Shown here: positions 41,755 through 51,225 of the stretch, piece by piece
How positions within the stretch are numbered: the stretch's first letter is position 1
Layout of the letters: each line of letters begins with the position of its first letter
Source of the DNA: an uncultured Eggerthella sp.
GTDB lineage: Bacteria; Actinomycetota; Coriobacteriia; Coriobacteriales; Eggerthellaceae
Direction: 5' to 3'
NCBI GenBank assembly: GCA_900547965.1
Contig: URJE01000001.1
Span: 1-52,528 of the forward strand
Length of the DNA: 52,528 nt
Program-made: the position numbers and the translations under genes
Notes under the pieces: generated by a model
Told to the model about the DNA's origin: nothing
Databases searched by the model: none
The model's input: only the letters and a program-made list of their open reading frames with translations

Positions 41755-43578
41755 CTATTCAACTGTTACCGATTTTGCCAAGTTACGAGGCTGATCGACG
41801 TCACAGCCACGAGCAACCGCCACCGCGCGAGCCAGAAGCTGCAATGGGACACTTGCAGTAATGGGCATGAAGGCATCACGCACCTTTGGGATGTAGATAA
41901 CATGATCGGCGACCTTCTTGATAGCCTCATCGCCTTCGGTAGCAATGGCAATAATCTTCGCACCACGCGACTTAGACTCTTCAAGATTGGAAACCGTTTT
42001 GTCGTAGGTGGCGCTCTGCGTTGCGACTGCGACAATCGGGAACCCTTCATCAAGCAGGGCGATAGGACCGTGCTTCATTTCGCCAGCGGCATACGCCTCA
42101 GCATGAATGTAGCTGATTTCCTTCAACTTCAACGCACCCTCATAGCAAGTTGCCTCACCCAAGCCACGGCCGATATAAAGAGTCGACTGGCGACCGTCAA
42201 AGAAGTGCGCAGCCTCTTCAATAGCGGAAGTATCTTGCAGGATTTCCTCGATTTGATCAGCGGTGTCGGCAAGCTCGGTAAAGAGCATGCGTGTCTGGTT
42301 CAGGGTAAGCTTGCCCTTAGAGCGACCGAGAAGAAGAGCCAAAAGCGTAAGGCTTACCACCTGGCCGATAAATGACTTGGTGGAAGCAACCGCAACCTCT
42401 TTGTTCGCCTTGGTGTAAATCACACCGTCCGACTCACGCGCAACCGGGGAACCAATTACGTTGGTAATACCAAACACTTTAGCGCCCTTGATGCGCGCAT
42501 CGCGAATAGCGGCAAGCGTATCTGCGGTTTCACCCGACTGGGAAACGGCAACCACTAAGGTAGTGGGTGTGATAATGGGATTGCGGTAACGGAATTCGCT
42601 GGCAACTTCCACTTCGGTGGGGATGCGAGCCCAGCCTTCAATAAGATTCTTGGCAATAAGACCCGCATGGTAGGAAGTGCCGCAGCCGATAAGGTACACG
42701 CGGTCGATGAAGTTAAGTTCTTGACGAGTAAGCGTAAGCTCATCGATGGAAATCTCGTGACCGGACATACGACCGGCAAGTGTATCGCGAACAACACGAG
42801 GCTGCTCGTGGATTTCCTTCAACATGAAATCAGGATAGCCGCCTTTTTCGGCGACATCTATGTCCCAATCAACGTGAGTGGTTTCGGGAACCACCGAATT
42901 ACCTTCGGCGTCGAAATAGTCAATACGATCGGAATGCATAACCGCAAGCTGGCCGTCTTCGAGAATAACCACATCACGAGTTGCATCGATAAGCGCGATG
43001 ATATCAGAGCCCAAGTAGCTGCCATTTTCGCCAACGCCCAGCACAATGGGAGAATCCTTGCGAGTTACCACAATTTCACCAGGATGATCATGGTGCATTA
43101 CCGCCAAACCGTAAGCCCCAGAAAGTGAGTTAGACACCACACGAACCGCCTCGAACAGGTCACCGTGATAGTTTTCCTCCACCAAATGAGCAATGCACTC
43201 AGTGTCGGTATCGGAAGTAAACGTGTGACCCTTCTCGATCAGCTCTTCGCGCAGCTCAGCAAAATTCTCGATGATGCCATTGTGGACAACCGCAATTTCA
43301 TTGGTGCAGTCTGTATGCGGATGGGCATTACGCTCGCTGGGAGCACCATGAGTTGCCCAGCGAGTATGGCCAATGCCACACGTTCCTTGACACATATCGT
43401 CCTGAATGGCTTCAGCGAGGCCAGAAACCTTACCCAAGCGCTTAACCACATTGATTTTTTGGCCGTCTTCAACGGCAATACCCGCCGAGTCGTACCCACG
43501 GTACTCAAGACGCTTCAAGCCCTCGAGCAAAACACCTTTTGCCTGAAGGGTGCCCGTGTAACCAACGATTCCGCACAT
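41755..43578 (-). CDS. glmS: Glutamine--fructose-6-phosphate transaminase
   Basis: MCGIVG, LEYRGYDSAG, GHTRWATHG, SQSGETADT, VASTK, EGALKLKE, KHGP, PRNLAKSVTVE. Confidence 0.98.
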   Translation of the reverse strand: MCGIVGYTGTLQAKGVLLEGLKRLEYRGYDSAGIAVEDGQKINVVKRLGKVSGLAEAIQDDMCQGTCGIGHTRWATHGAPSERNAHPHTDCTNEIAVVHNGIIENFAELREELIEKGHTFTSDTDTECIAHLVEENYHGDLFEAVRVVSNSLSGAYGLAVMHHDHPGEIVVTRKDSPIVLGVGENGSYLGSDIIALIDATRDVVILEDGQLAVMHSDRIDYFDAEGNSVVPETTHVDWDIDVAEKGGYPDFMLKEIHEQPRVVRDTLAGRMSGHEISIDELTLTRQELNFIDRVYLIGCGTSYHAGLIAKNLIEGWARIPTEVEVASEFRYRNPIITPTTLVVAVSQSGETADTLAAIRDARIKGAKVFGITNVIGSPVARESDGVIYTKANKEVAVASTKSFIGQVVSLTLLALLLGRSKGKLTLNQTRMLFTELADTADQIEEILQDTSAIEEAAHFFDGRQSTLYIGRGLGEATCYEGALKLKEISYIHAEAYAAGEMKHGPIALLDEGFPIVAVATQSATYDKTVSNLEESKSRGAKIIAIATEGDEAIKKVADHVIYIPKVRDAFMPITASVPLQLLARAVAVARGCDVDQPRNLAKSVTVE

Positions 43579-43906
43579 ATAGGAACTCCTAACGAAGAGG
43601 AATAGATCAATTAAACCGTTTTATTTTACCGTATACGCGTTTCAGACCCCCATAAGGGCACTATCGTTCCATAAACTCGTGGCGATAGAATCGAATCGAT
43701 TCTGCCTTTTCCTAACTCATGTGGGCACACAAGGCGTCAAACGGCAAAAAGCGAATCGCATCGCAAATATCTAGAGACCGATTCCCTCTCTATAGGCATA
43801 AGGCAAATCGGCAAGTCGAAAACCCGGCTTCGCTCAAATTAAGCGTCTCTGATGGAAATAGAAGCACCAACGAGACCCCATTGCTGGCGCTTGCTACGAT
43901 GGGAAC

Positions 43907-44746
43907 ATGATTACTTCGACATCGCGGGAACAATCCGCCCCCTCAAATCACCCCAAGAGATCATCGGGCATCAGGCTTCCCGTTGTCATTGCTGCCATCA
44001 TCGTTGCGATAGTGGCGCTGTTCGCCTCAGTCGCCATGAGCTGCTCAAGCCAAACAAAATATGACTGGAGCAACCTTAAACTAGAAAACGGTCGCATGGT
44101 CTATTACGAAGACGGTAACGCAGTTTCCACCACCGGCATCGACGTATCCGACCTGCAGGGCTCCATTGATTGGCAAGCCGTGAAGAATGATGGCATCGAT
44201 TTCGCCATGCTGCGATGCGGCAGGCGAGGTTCAACTGAAGGCCAGCTCTACACCGACAAAAACTACTACGAGAATGTTGAAGGTGCCACCCGCGTGGGGC
44301 TCCCCTACGGCGTGTATTTCTTCTCGCAAGCTACGAACGAACAGGAAGCTCTAGAGGAAGCGGAGTACGTACTGAACCTTATCAACGGCGCTGGCGTAAC
44401 GTACCCGGTAGTGTATGACCAGGAACCCGTCACCGATTCATCTGGTCGGGCGAACAACCTTTCTGCCGATCAGCTTACCAAGAATGCGCAAACCTTCTGC
44501 AAACGAATCGAACAAGCCGGCTACACCCCTATGGTGTACGGCAACCAGTACGATCTCTCTCGCCTTAACATCGACCAGATCAATGCTGCAGTTTGGTATG
44601 CCGAATACACAGATACGCATCCCACCAGCACCTACCATGATTTTGTGATGTGGCAGTACTCTCATACTGGCAAAGTGAACGGAATCAAGACCGACGTCGA
44701 TATGGATATCCTGTTTGAGGCAAGCTGGATCAGCCCCGAACGATAA
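43907..44746 (+). CDS. GH25-family lysozyme/muramidase with an N-terminal membrane anchor
   Basis: Hydrophobic N-terminal segment, GIDVS, G.IDW..VK..GIDFA, GVYFFS, YDQE, WQYS..G.V.GI...VDMD. Confidence 0.92.
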   Translation: MITSTSREQSAPSNHPKRSSGIRLPVVIAAIIVAIVALFASVAMSCSSQTKYDWSNLKLENGRMVYYEDGNAVSTTGIDVSDLQGSIDWQAVKNDGIDFAMLRCGRRGSTEGQLYTDKNYYENVEGATRVGLPYGVYFFSQATNEQEALEEAEYVLNLINGAGVTYPVVYDQEPVTDSSGRANNLSADQLTKNAQTFCKRIEQAGYTPMVYGNQYDLSRLNIDQINAAVWYAEYTDTHPTSTYHDFVMWQYSHTGKVNGIKTDVDMDILFEASWISPER

Positions 44747-44806
44747 ATCGGTTCTACTCTCTCAAGCCGCTTCCGGAACGAAGCAATCATAAAACGCAGC
44801 TACAGC

Positions 44807-44849
44807 AAAAAGCAGGGCTCCCGTTTTCAACAAAAGGGGAGCCCTGCTT
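44807..44849. terminator. Terminator between convergent GH25 and tig-like genes
   Basis: AAGCAGGGCTCCC / GGGAGCCCTGCTT inverted repeat with an A-run on the left (T-run on the minus strand). Confidence 0.85.
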
Positions 44850-44880
44850 GTATCTGGCATCTGAACAGGAAGTTAGAACG

Positions 44881-45936
44881 CTATTCAGCAACAACAAATT
44901 CCGTGTTAGCCATAATCCAACCCGCCGCCTTCATGCGAGAGGCGCCTTCCTTAAGAAGGGTGCTCCGGCCGGATTTCTGCATAGCCTCAAAAGCCTCCTC
45001 TTCGCGACCGGGAGCGATATTACGCATAGCGGCAATCATATCGCCCGGCTCAAGCTTCAATGCCTCATGACGGAATACCGCATCGAGAATGAAGCCCTGC
45101 AGCAGCTGCATCTTTGCTTGTGTAGCCAAATTGGCGCGCACCTCTTCTTCAGTCAGATGCTGCTGAGCAAAGAAGGCATCCAACGTAATGCCCTCCTGGG
45201 AAAGCTGAGCCAAGAACGTCTCATAAAGCTCCTGCGTCATAACCTCAATCATCTTCTCGGAGATTTCACCCTCGAAACGCTTAGCGTATTCATCCATAGC
45301 CGCAGCCATCTTCGCCTGTGCATAGCGATTCTCGAGCTCTTCTTCGGAAGTTGCGCGGAAGCGGTCGCGCAGTTCAGCCACTGTTGCGATTCCCATGGGG
45401 CTCATGTTGTCAGCAACCCATTCATCGGTGACCTCGGGGACCTGAAGCAAAGCATCGTCAGGCTGAACACCCTGCTGGGCAGCGGAAAACTGACGAACCA
45501 GCATGCTGATCTGTTCATCGATATCCGCCTCGTTAACCTCTGGCTTAGGCTCGATCTCAACCCGTACCGGCTTGTAGCTGGAAAGCTCGAATTCAGGCTT
45601 CAACAGAACCGTCATATCGAACGAGAACATCTTGTCAGGTTCGGGGGTTTCGTCAGATTCAATGCCATACGTCGAAACGGGCATGGCACCCTGCTTTTCC
45701 AACGCAAAAGGAACAAGATAGTTGATTACCGCGTTATACACTGCAGCTTTCCCATCTTCTTCACCCAATGCATTATTGATCTTCTCAAGCGAGGTTTCGC
45801 CTTCGAGCTGATCCATTTGATATTGCACAACAAAGGCATCCAAACCATCAGTGAAAGCCTTGCTCATTTCAGCCGCCGAAGCAGAAACGCGCAAACGCAC
45901 CTCTTCACCATTGTCCTTAATCTGCTCGACCTTCAT
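44881..45936 (-). CDS. Trigger-factor-like chaperone lacking the PPIase domain
   Basis: N-domain-like start, F.F......KPEFELSSYKPV...V.E.DIDEQI, then almost immediately PEVTDEWV.......TV.ELR and a helical C-domain; AAAGGAG RBS. Confidence 0.78.
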   Translation of the reverse strand: MKVEQIKDNGEEVRLRVSASAAEMSKAFTDGLDAFVVQYQMDQLEGETSLEKINNALGEEDGKAAVYNAVINYLVPFALEKQGAMPVSTYGIESDETPEPDKMFSFDMTVLLKPEFELSSYKPVRVEIEPKPEVNEADIDEQISMLVRQFSAAQQGVQPDDALLQVPEVTDEWVADNMSPMGIATVAELRDRFRATSEEELENRYAQAKMAAAMDEYAKRFEGEISEKMIEVMTQELYETFLAQLSQEGITLDAFFAQQHLTEEEVRANLATQAKMQLLQGFILDAVFRHEALKLEPGDMIAAMRNIAPGREEEAFEAMQKSGRSTLLKEGASRMKAAGWIMANTEFVVAE

Positions 45937-46074
45937 AGGTCTCCTTTCCAAAAAGAGCGCTTCGCAAACCGAGCGCCACAATCGTATAATCCCCCATAAC
46001 CCAAAAGCGCTTTGCTACTGCGATACGGAAGCAAAGCCTGTTAAAGCAACTCGAGCGCAAAGAGGAATAATTCC

Positions 46075-46353
46075 GTGACATTCAATGATAGCGAAACAAG
46101 CACCAAGCGCTACACCTTGAGGCCTACTTTCACGCCTCTCCCCCAATCCAAGGATGCCCAACGCGCTAAAAATGCCGAAACCGATGCCGGAACAAAAGCA
46201 ACTGCCACTAAAAGCAAAGTAGGTAGCAATGAGCATTCGCTAAGGAGCGTTATACGCGCAGCGAATGAAGACGACGATCTGTATGACCCCTACTCGGATT
46301 ACCACGACGGCACGTTAAAAGCCGCCGAGTTCGAAAAGGACCCTTGGCGATAA
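46075..46353 (+). CDS. Small hypothetical protein with an acidic/aromatic C-terminal motif
   Basis: AGAGGA RBS with GTG start; ends DDDLYDPYSDYHDG...FEKDPWR. Confidence 0.65.
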   Translation: MTFNDSETSTKRYTLRPTFTPLPQSKDAQRAKNAETDAGTKATATKSKVGSNEHSLRSVIRAANEDDDLYDPYSDYHDGTLKAAEFEKDPWR

Positions 46354-46529
46354 TCGTGCGACCAACTAGGGTTCAGCCGCACTAGAAACAAATTCGACAA
46401 GCAGGCATCATCGAACGACATCCGACAATCAGAATTCCGCCTATCCCTCGATCGAAGGCAAGCACCGAAAATTTCAATAACGATATATGCCAATCTCAGG
46501 GCAACGCCAAATCATAGATAAACGTTTGG

Positions 46530-47861
46530 CTACTCAAGAGTTTGCTCCAGATTCTTCCCAAAACGCACCGCTGCAACGCAACTTGCAAAAGCAACTGTCA
46601 GCAGAATCAGCGACATCACCCATTCAGCTTCCCAGCTGGCCTCAGCAACCGCCGCAAACACGGTTGCGGCAACGGCACCAGCGAGATTAACCACAATTGC
46701 CACACGCGAGTAAATAATGGTGTAATCCCTAGGTCCCACTATCTGACGAGTAATGGAAGGCGCCAAGGCATCAATGGCGGCATAGAGGACACCGCCAAGA
46801 GCACCGCCAAACACGATAACCTCCGGCGACCACGCCCAGAGCCACATGCAGCATATGCTGACCACACCACCGACAAAGGCGATAGCAAGCGCGCCTATCA
46901 TGCTCTTATCAGATATCGCTCCGAGCAAAACCTTGCTACCAGCAGAAACAGCCATTAAACAAGATGCGACAACGGATGCCATGATCACCGCCCCATCGGG
47001 CGTGATACCAGCTAATCCCAATGCACCAAGATGATGGATGTAGGTTGCATACAGGTTCACCGTTACCGTGAGCGCGTTAAATATGCCCATCGAAAAGATC
47101 AGCAAGTAGAATACAGGCGAACGGAACATGACCGATGCAGAAACGCCGCGCAGTTTAAGTCCCTTTCCGCCATGCGCTGATGCAGAACTCTCCTGTAAAG
47201 GTTGTGCCCCAAATGGGCGCAACCCGACTTCTTCTGGGTAGCTACGAACGCAGACAAGTGTGGCGAACAGGCCAATCACGAGAACCAGGGCAGAAAATAC
47301 CTGATAGGCAACGCGCCACGTCGAAGCGTCGATAATCAGGCCACCGACCATGCTCCAAACCGCTCCCCCAACTCCGGACATGGCAAAGCAAATGCCCATA
47401 AACAAGCCAGCGCGTTGCGAGAACCACCGATTTATCAGGGTGGGAATAGCAAGGAACATCAAAGAAACGATCCCGAAGCCAACCATAACTCCAGATACGT
47501 AGAACAGATAAATATGGTTCCAGAATGAACACAGAAACAAGCCCAATGCGACCATTGCGACCGACACCGAAAGAACGATGCGGAGATCATATTTCTGAAG
47601 AAGATTCCCCGCGAACGGAGCCGCGATGCCTCCAACAAGATATACCAACGTGATAAAGAACGTGAATTGGCTCGATGCCACACCAAGCGAAGAAGAGACA
47701 GGGACAACGAAGATAGACCAAACGTTGTACACCAGCGCACAAGGACCAAAAGCAATAAGCACCCCTGCAGCAATGATCAGCCAATGACGGCAAGTCATAG
47801 GCTCGCGGATGCTAGAGCCATCTTCGGATACTTTGGTGGGCGGATTCGCAAGCGAGTTCAA
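46530..47861 (-). CDS. MFS transporter
   Basis: About 12 hydrophobic segments; G.L..KY..R, NRWF..RAG..MG and G.ISDK motifs. TTG start at 47861 after GAAAGGA is preferred. Confidence 0.9.
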   Translation of the reverse strand: MNSLANPPTKVSEDGSSIREPMTCRHWLIIAAGVLIAFGPCALVYNVWSIFVVPVSSSLGVASSQFTFFITLVYLVGGIAAPFAGNLLQKYDLRIVLSVSVAMVALGLFLCSFWNHIYLFYVSGVMVGFGIVSLMFLAIPTLINRWFSQRAGLFMGICFAMSGVGGAVWSMVGGLIIDASTWRVAYQVFSALVLVIGLFATLVCVRSYPEEVGLRPFGAQPLQESSASAHGGKGLKLRGVSASVMFRSPVFYLLIFSMGIFNALTVTVNLYATYIHHLGALGLAGITPDGAVIMASVVASCLMAVSAGSKVLLGAISDKSMIGALAIAFVGGVVSICCMWLWAWSPEVIVFGGALGGVLYAAIDALAPSITRQIVGPRDYTIIYSRVAIVVNLAGAVAATVFAAVAEASWEAEWVMSLILLTVAFASCVAAVRFGKNLEQTLE

Positions 47862-47955
47862 GGCGAGTCCTTTCCTCCATCGAAGCTCCCGTAAGCTGAA
47901 CTGTAACATCTCAAAGAGCATCCGTGAAGAACCGCTGACCGCATTTAAGTCATCC

Positions 47956-48016
47956 AAACAAAAAAGCCCCGCAGTTCAGCGGGGCAAAAAGAAAGCCCGT
48001 CAAATGACGGGCTTTG
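47956..48016 (-). terminator. Two tandem intrinsic terminators after rplT
   Basis: Minus strand AAAGCCCGTCA-tt-TGACGGGCTTT-CTTTTT, then GCCCCGC-tgaact-GCGGGGC-TTTTTTGTTT. Confidence 0.88.
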
Positions 48017-48019
48017 GCA

Positions 48020-48373
48020 TTACAGAGCCTTCTTGGCAACCTCAACAAGGGAAGCAAATGCTTCGGGATCGTTGATGGCCATATCGGACAGCACCTTGCG
48101 GTCGAGCTCAACGCCAGCCTTCTTAAGACCGTTCATGAAAACGGAGTAAGAAAGACCATTGATACGAGCAGCAGCGTTGATGCGGGTGATCCACAGACGA
48201 CGAACTTCGCGCTTCTTGTTGCGACGATCGCGGTACTGGTACTGCAGCGAATGCTGAACCTGTTCCTTAGCAGCACGATAGGAACGGGACTTTGCACCGT
48301 AATAACCCTTTGCACGATTCAGGACGGTACGGCGCTTCTTATGAGCGGATACAGCACGCTTTACACGAGGCAT
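48020..48373 (-). CDS. rplT: 50S ribosomal protein L20
   Basis: MPRVKR, AKGYYG, YRDRR.KKR..R.LWI.RINAAAR. Confidence 0.98.
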   Translation of the reverse strand: MPRVKRAVSAHKKRRTVLNRAKGYYGAKSRSYRAAKEQVQHSLQYQYRDRRNKKREVRRLWITRINAAARINGLSYSVFMNGLKKAGVELDRKVLSDMAINDPEAFASLVEVAKKAL

Positions 48374-48401
48374 ACTTGTTTCCTCCTATTACTTATATCG
48401 A

Positions 48402-48599
48402 TTAGCGAAGACCAAGGTTACGAGCTACTACCTTTTGATCTGCAGTAGCTACCTCAGTTTCGTGACGGAAATTACGCTTACGCTTCTGGCTCTTCTTGGT
48501 CATGATGTGAGACTTGTAAGCCTTAGCGCGCATGATCTTACCGGAGCCGGTTACGCGGAAGCGCTTAGCGGTGCCGGAATGAGTCTTCATCTTGGGCAT
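48402..48599 (-). CDS. rpmI: 50S ribosomal protein L35
   Basis: [19 protein letters not shown]. Confidence 0.98.
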   Translation of the reverse strand: MPKMKTHSGTAKRFRVTGSGKIMRAKAYKSHIMTKKSQKRKRNFRHETEVATADQKVVARNLGLR

Positions 48600-49153
48600 T
48601 AGTTGTCCTTCCCTTGTTCGTCCTTCTTTTTCTTCACCGTCGTAGGCAACGGAGCAATTAGCATATGCATGTTGCGGCCTTCCATCTTAGGTTGGTTTTC
48701 GATGACCGCTACATCCTTAAGATCGTCCGCCAGACGTTCCAGAATGCTCAGACCCTGTTCGGGATGAGACATTTCACGACCGCGGAACATGATGGTGATC
48801 TTAACCTTGGAACCTGCCTCCAAGAAGCGAATAACATGCTTCTTTTTGGTGGTGTAGTCGCCCACATCAATCTTGGGACGGAACTTCATTTCCTTGGTTT
48901 CGATTTTGCTCTGGTTCTTACGCGCCTGCTTGGCCTTGATAGCCTGGTCGTACTTGAACTTACCGTAGTCCATGATGCGACATACTGGCGGCTTTGCCTG
49001 AGGTGCGATCTCAACCAAGTCATAGCCCTCATCATCGGCGATGCGCTGGGCTTGCTCGATAGGATAGATCCCCAACTGCGACCCATCGTAGCCAATCAGG
49101 CGACATTCCTTGATCCTGATAGCCTCATTGAGCCTTGGTTCTTGAGCTGCTAT
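48599..49153 (-). CDS. infC: Translation initiation factor IF-3 (non-canonical ATA start)
   Basis: [45 protein letters not shown] sits 7 nt before ATA at 49153. Confidence 0.95.
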   Translation of the reverse strand: MAAQEPRLNEAIRIKECRLIGYDGSQLGIYPIEQAQRIADDEGYDLVEIAPQAKPPVCRIMDYGKFKYDQAIKAKQARKNQSKIETKEMKFRPKIDVGDYTTKKKHVIRFLEAGSKVKITIMFRGREMSHPEQGLSILERLADDLKDVAVIENQPKMEGRNMHMLIAPLPTTVKKKKDEQGKDN

Positions 49154-49216
49154 GGTGCCCACCTCCTTCTTTCTTTGTTTTGGTGCTACCATGCACGAAC
49201 CATTTTATACGCTGAT

Positions 49217-49345
49217 AAAAGAAAAACCTGCGATCAGATGATTGCAGGCCACACGAATTCTTGCTTAGCAAGAGTATATTCATATGACCCATCAGCAACC
49301 TTGCGGCGCCGAACCAGGTGGAAGCATGTGGCTTCTCTTGAAACA
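49217..49345 (-). ncRNA. L20-leader-like attenuator RNA
   Basis: Minus strand AGAAGCCACATGCTTCCACCTG...GCCGCAAGG resembles the Firmicutes L20 leader. GCCACA can pair with TGTGGC, which overlaps the terminator GCCTGCAATCA/TGATCGCAGGT-TTTTCTTTT. Confidence 0.75.
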
Positions 49346-49437
49346 GCTTATGTAGAATACCATTCCTTCCCACCTTGTAAAGCGGGAAGTTCGACATTCA
49401 CAAAATTATTATGCGCAGAAGCGCAAGGCAGATGGGA

Positions 49438-50685
49438 TTATACCGCAATGATGTTGTAGCAAAGGGTCATCACCACCGCCAACCCGAACGGAACCACAAG
49501 GGCAACCACTATGAATTCCAAAAACAACGGTAGTTTTGCAAGCACGGGGAAACGCCGGCGCACCCTTCGTCTATCCGAAACCTCGTAACAAATACAGGTA
49601 ATAGAGGGAATCATGAACACGAAGTATTCCACCACGCGCAACCACATGGGGTAGTTCACCTCAGCCATATCCGAGCTGGGCCAGAAACATGATTTCACCG
49701 AAGCCACCACGACCAGAAGCCAGAATAGGGCAACAACCACGTTCCACGCTATGCCAACGCCCTGCGGAATATGCATAGGCAAGTTGCGCACTTTGCTGAA
49801 AAAGCCCTTCCCTGCTGTTTCCTTTCCTTTGGACGAAGAACCGGCTGTCGTTCCTTCGCTTGGGGCCTTTCGCCCTTGAATGCGCGCTGCCGCTTTGGCA
49901 AATGCCGCCTGAAGCTCACGCACTGAAGCGAAGCGCCCATCGGGGTCGAACGAACAGGCGTGGGCAATTACCGCCTGAAGCTCAGATGGAACCCCACTGC
50001 AAGCAAAAGCAGCAGCGCGATCTTGTGCGGTGGCGGTGCGCTGGGTAAGGCAATAGAAAAGCAGCATGCCCAGTGCATACACATCGCTGCGCACATCAGT
50101 TTGCCCAAAGCCGAACTGCTCGGGCGGCGCGTAGCAGCGCGTGCCGAAATGAGCCGTATCCCCCGCAGCCCCCTCGCGAAAGGCCCGGGCAATGCCGAAG
50201 TCGATGATCGTGAGACCCGCATCGCTCACCACGATGTTCGTTGGCTTCAAATCGCGATGGATCAAAGGCGGCGAGAACTGCTCGTGCAATTCCATCACCC
50301 CGTCGCAAAGGAGTGGAAACCACTGCGCCGCCAGGGCGACCGATCCGTCGCGTTCGTACACCTCGTCCCGCAGCGTGCGTCCCTGGATGTATTCCATGAC
50401 CACCACCAGCTCGTTGCCAGTGGTATGAACATCGTAGATGCGCGGCAAATGTCGGAAGCGACGCCCGTCGCGCTGCGCTTGGAACAAGTGGCCGTAGGCA
50501 TCCCCCATGGCCGCATCAACCGCGATGCGCTTGCGAACGAACGGTCCGAGCTCCGCCGCGTTGGCCCCCACAAAGTACACCACCTCGGTCGTCTCGTGGG
50601 GCGCCGTCTTCAATACCTCATCGACGCGATAGCACACGTCGCGGGCAAGGGCGTCAAGGTATGCGGCAAGAGGGTCGTTTTCCAT
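49438..50685 (-). CDS. Hanks-type Ser/Thr protein kinase with C-terminal TM helices
   Basis: VRK, MEYI.G, IHRDLKPTNI, IIDFGIAR, GT..YAPPEQ, D.RSDVYALG, R; three hydrophobic C-terminal segments. Start at 50685 or 50694. Confidence 0.93.
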   Translation of the reverse strand: MENDPLAAYLDALARDVCYRVDEVLKTAPHETTEVVYFVGANAAELGPFVRKRIAVDAAMGDAYGHLFQAQRDGRRFRHLPRIYDVHTTGNELVVVMEYIQGRTLRDEVYERDGSVALAAQWFPLLCDGVMELHEQFSPPLIHRDLKPTNIVVSDAGLTIIDFGIARAFREGAAGDTAHFGTRCYAPPEQFGFGQTDVRSDVYALGMLLFYCLTQRTATAQDRAAAFACSGVPSELQAVIAHACSFDPDGRFASVRELQAAFAKAAARIQGRKAPSEGTTAGSSSKGKETAGKGFFSKVRNLPMHIPQGVGIAWNVVVALFWLLVVVASVKSCFWPSSDMAEVNYPMWLRVVEYFVFMIPSITCICYEVSDRRRVRRRFPVLAKLPLFLEFIVVALVVPFGLAVVMTLCYNIIAV

Positions 50686-50704
50686 AGATGCCATGGTACC
50701 AAAA

Positions 50705-51148
50705 TTAGCTAATGGTCGCCTCGCCGAACCGGTAAAGCTCCTCCTCAGTCTTCTGCAGTGTATAGCCATGGCTGATGGCGAAGATGACAATGGCATCTCG
50801 CCGATTCTTGCAATACAGCTCGTTGGCGCCTCCCGCCTGCAAAAGGCGGTTCGTCTCGCGCAACGAGCATCCCATAGCGAAGGCAAGTTTCAGCAAGTTA
50901 TCCCGCGAGGCGCGCCGAGCGCCGGTGAAAATCTGGTAGCCGAAGGTCTCGTTGATACCGGCCTCTCTCACCACCACTGAGCGCTTCAGCCCCTTCTTTA
51001 GCAGAAGGGCGTCCAGGTACTCCGCCAAGCTGCGCTCGCCCACCTCGCGCCGTTTGATGAACGCCCGCGGATCCGGCGCGTCCAAGAGCTCGGCCAGCAT
51101 ATCCTCTGTCAGCGGTTCCTCCACGCGCTTCTTTCTCCTTCGACCCAT
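50705..51148 (-). CDS. XRE-family helix-turn-helix protein
   Basis: KRSVVVREAGINETFGYQIFTGARRASRDNLLKLAFAM HTH, followed by a helical LY.K.RRD domain. Confidence 0.8.
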   Translation of the reverse strand: MGRRRKKRVEEPLTEDMLAELLDAPDPRAFIKRREVGERSLAEYLDALLLKKGLKRSVVVREAGINETFGYQIFTGARRASRDNLLKLAFAMGCSLRETNRLLQAGGANELYCKNRRDAIVIFAISHGYTLQKTEEELYRFGEATIS

Positions 51149-51172
51149 ATCACGAAGCCCCTATTGTAGCGC

Positions 51173-51206
51173 CTCGAGCGCCCGCCTTCGGAGACGGGCG
51201 CCCGAG
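51173..51206. repeat. GC-rich hairpin between the DUF5067-like gene and the XRE gene
   Basis: CTCGAGCGCCCG / CGGGCGCCCGAG imperfect inverted repeat without a U-tract; TACAAT lies immediately downstream on the minus strand (51168-51163). Confidence 0.6.
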
Positions 51207-51225
51207 ACGTGCGCCATCAGGCACG

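Noticed and set aside
43579..43900. Possible glmS ribozyme
   Set aside because: No AGCGCC...GACGAGG core; a TAAAAT -10 lies close to the start codon
43907..44746. GH25 gene as a prophage endolysin
   Set aside because: It has an N-terminal membrane anchor, housekeeping neighbours, and no holin or phage genes
44848..45999. 383-aa ORF on +
   Set aside because: Antisense shadow of the trigger-factor-like gene
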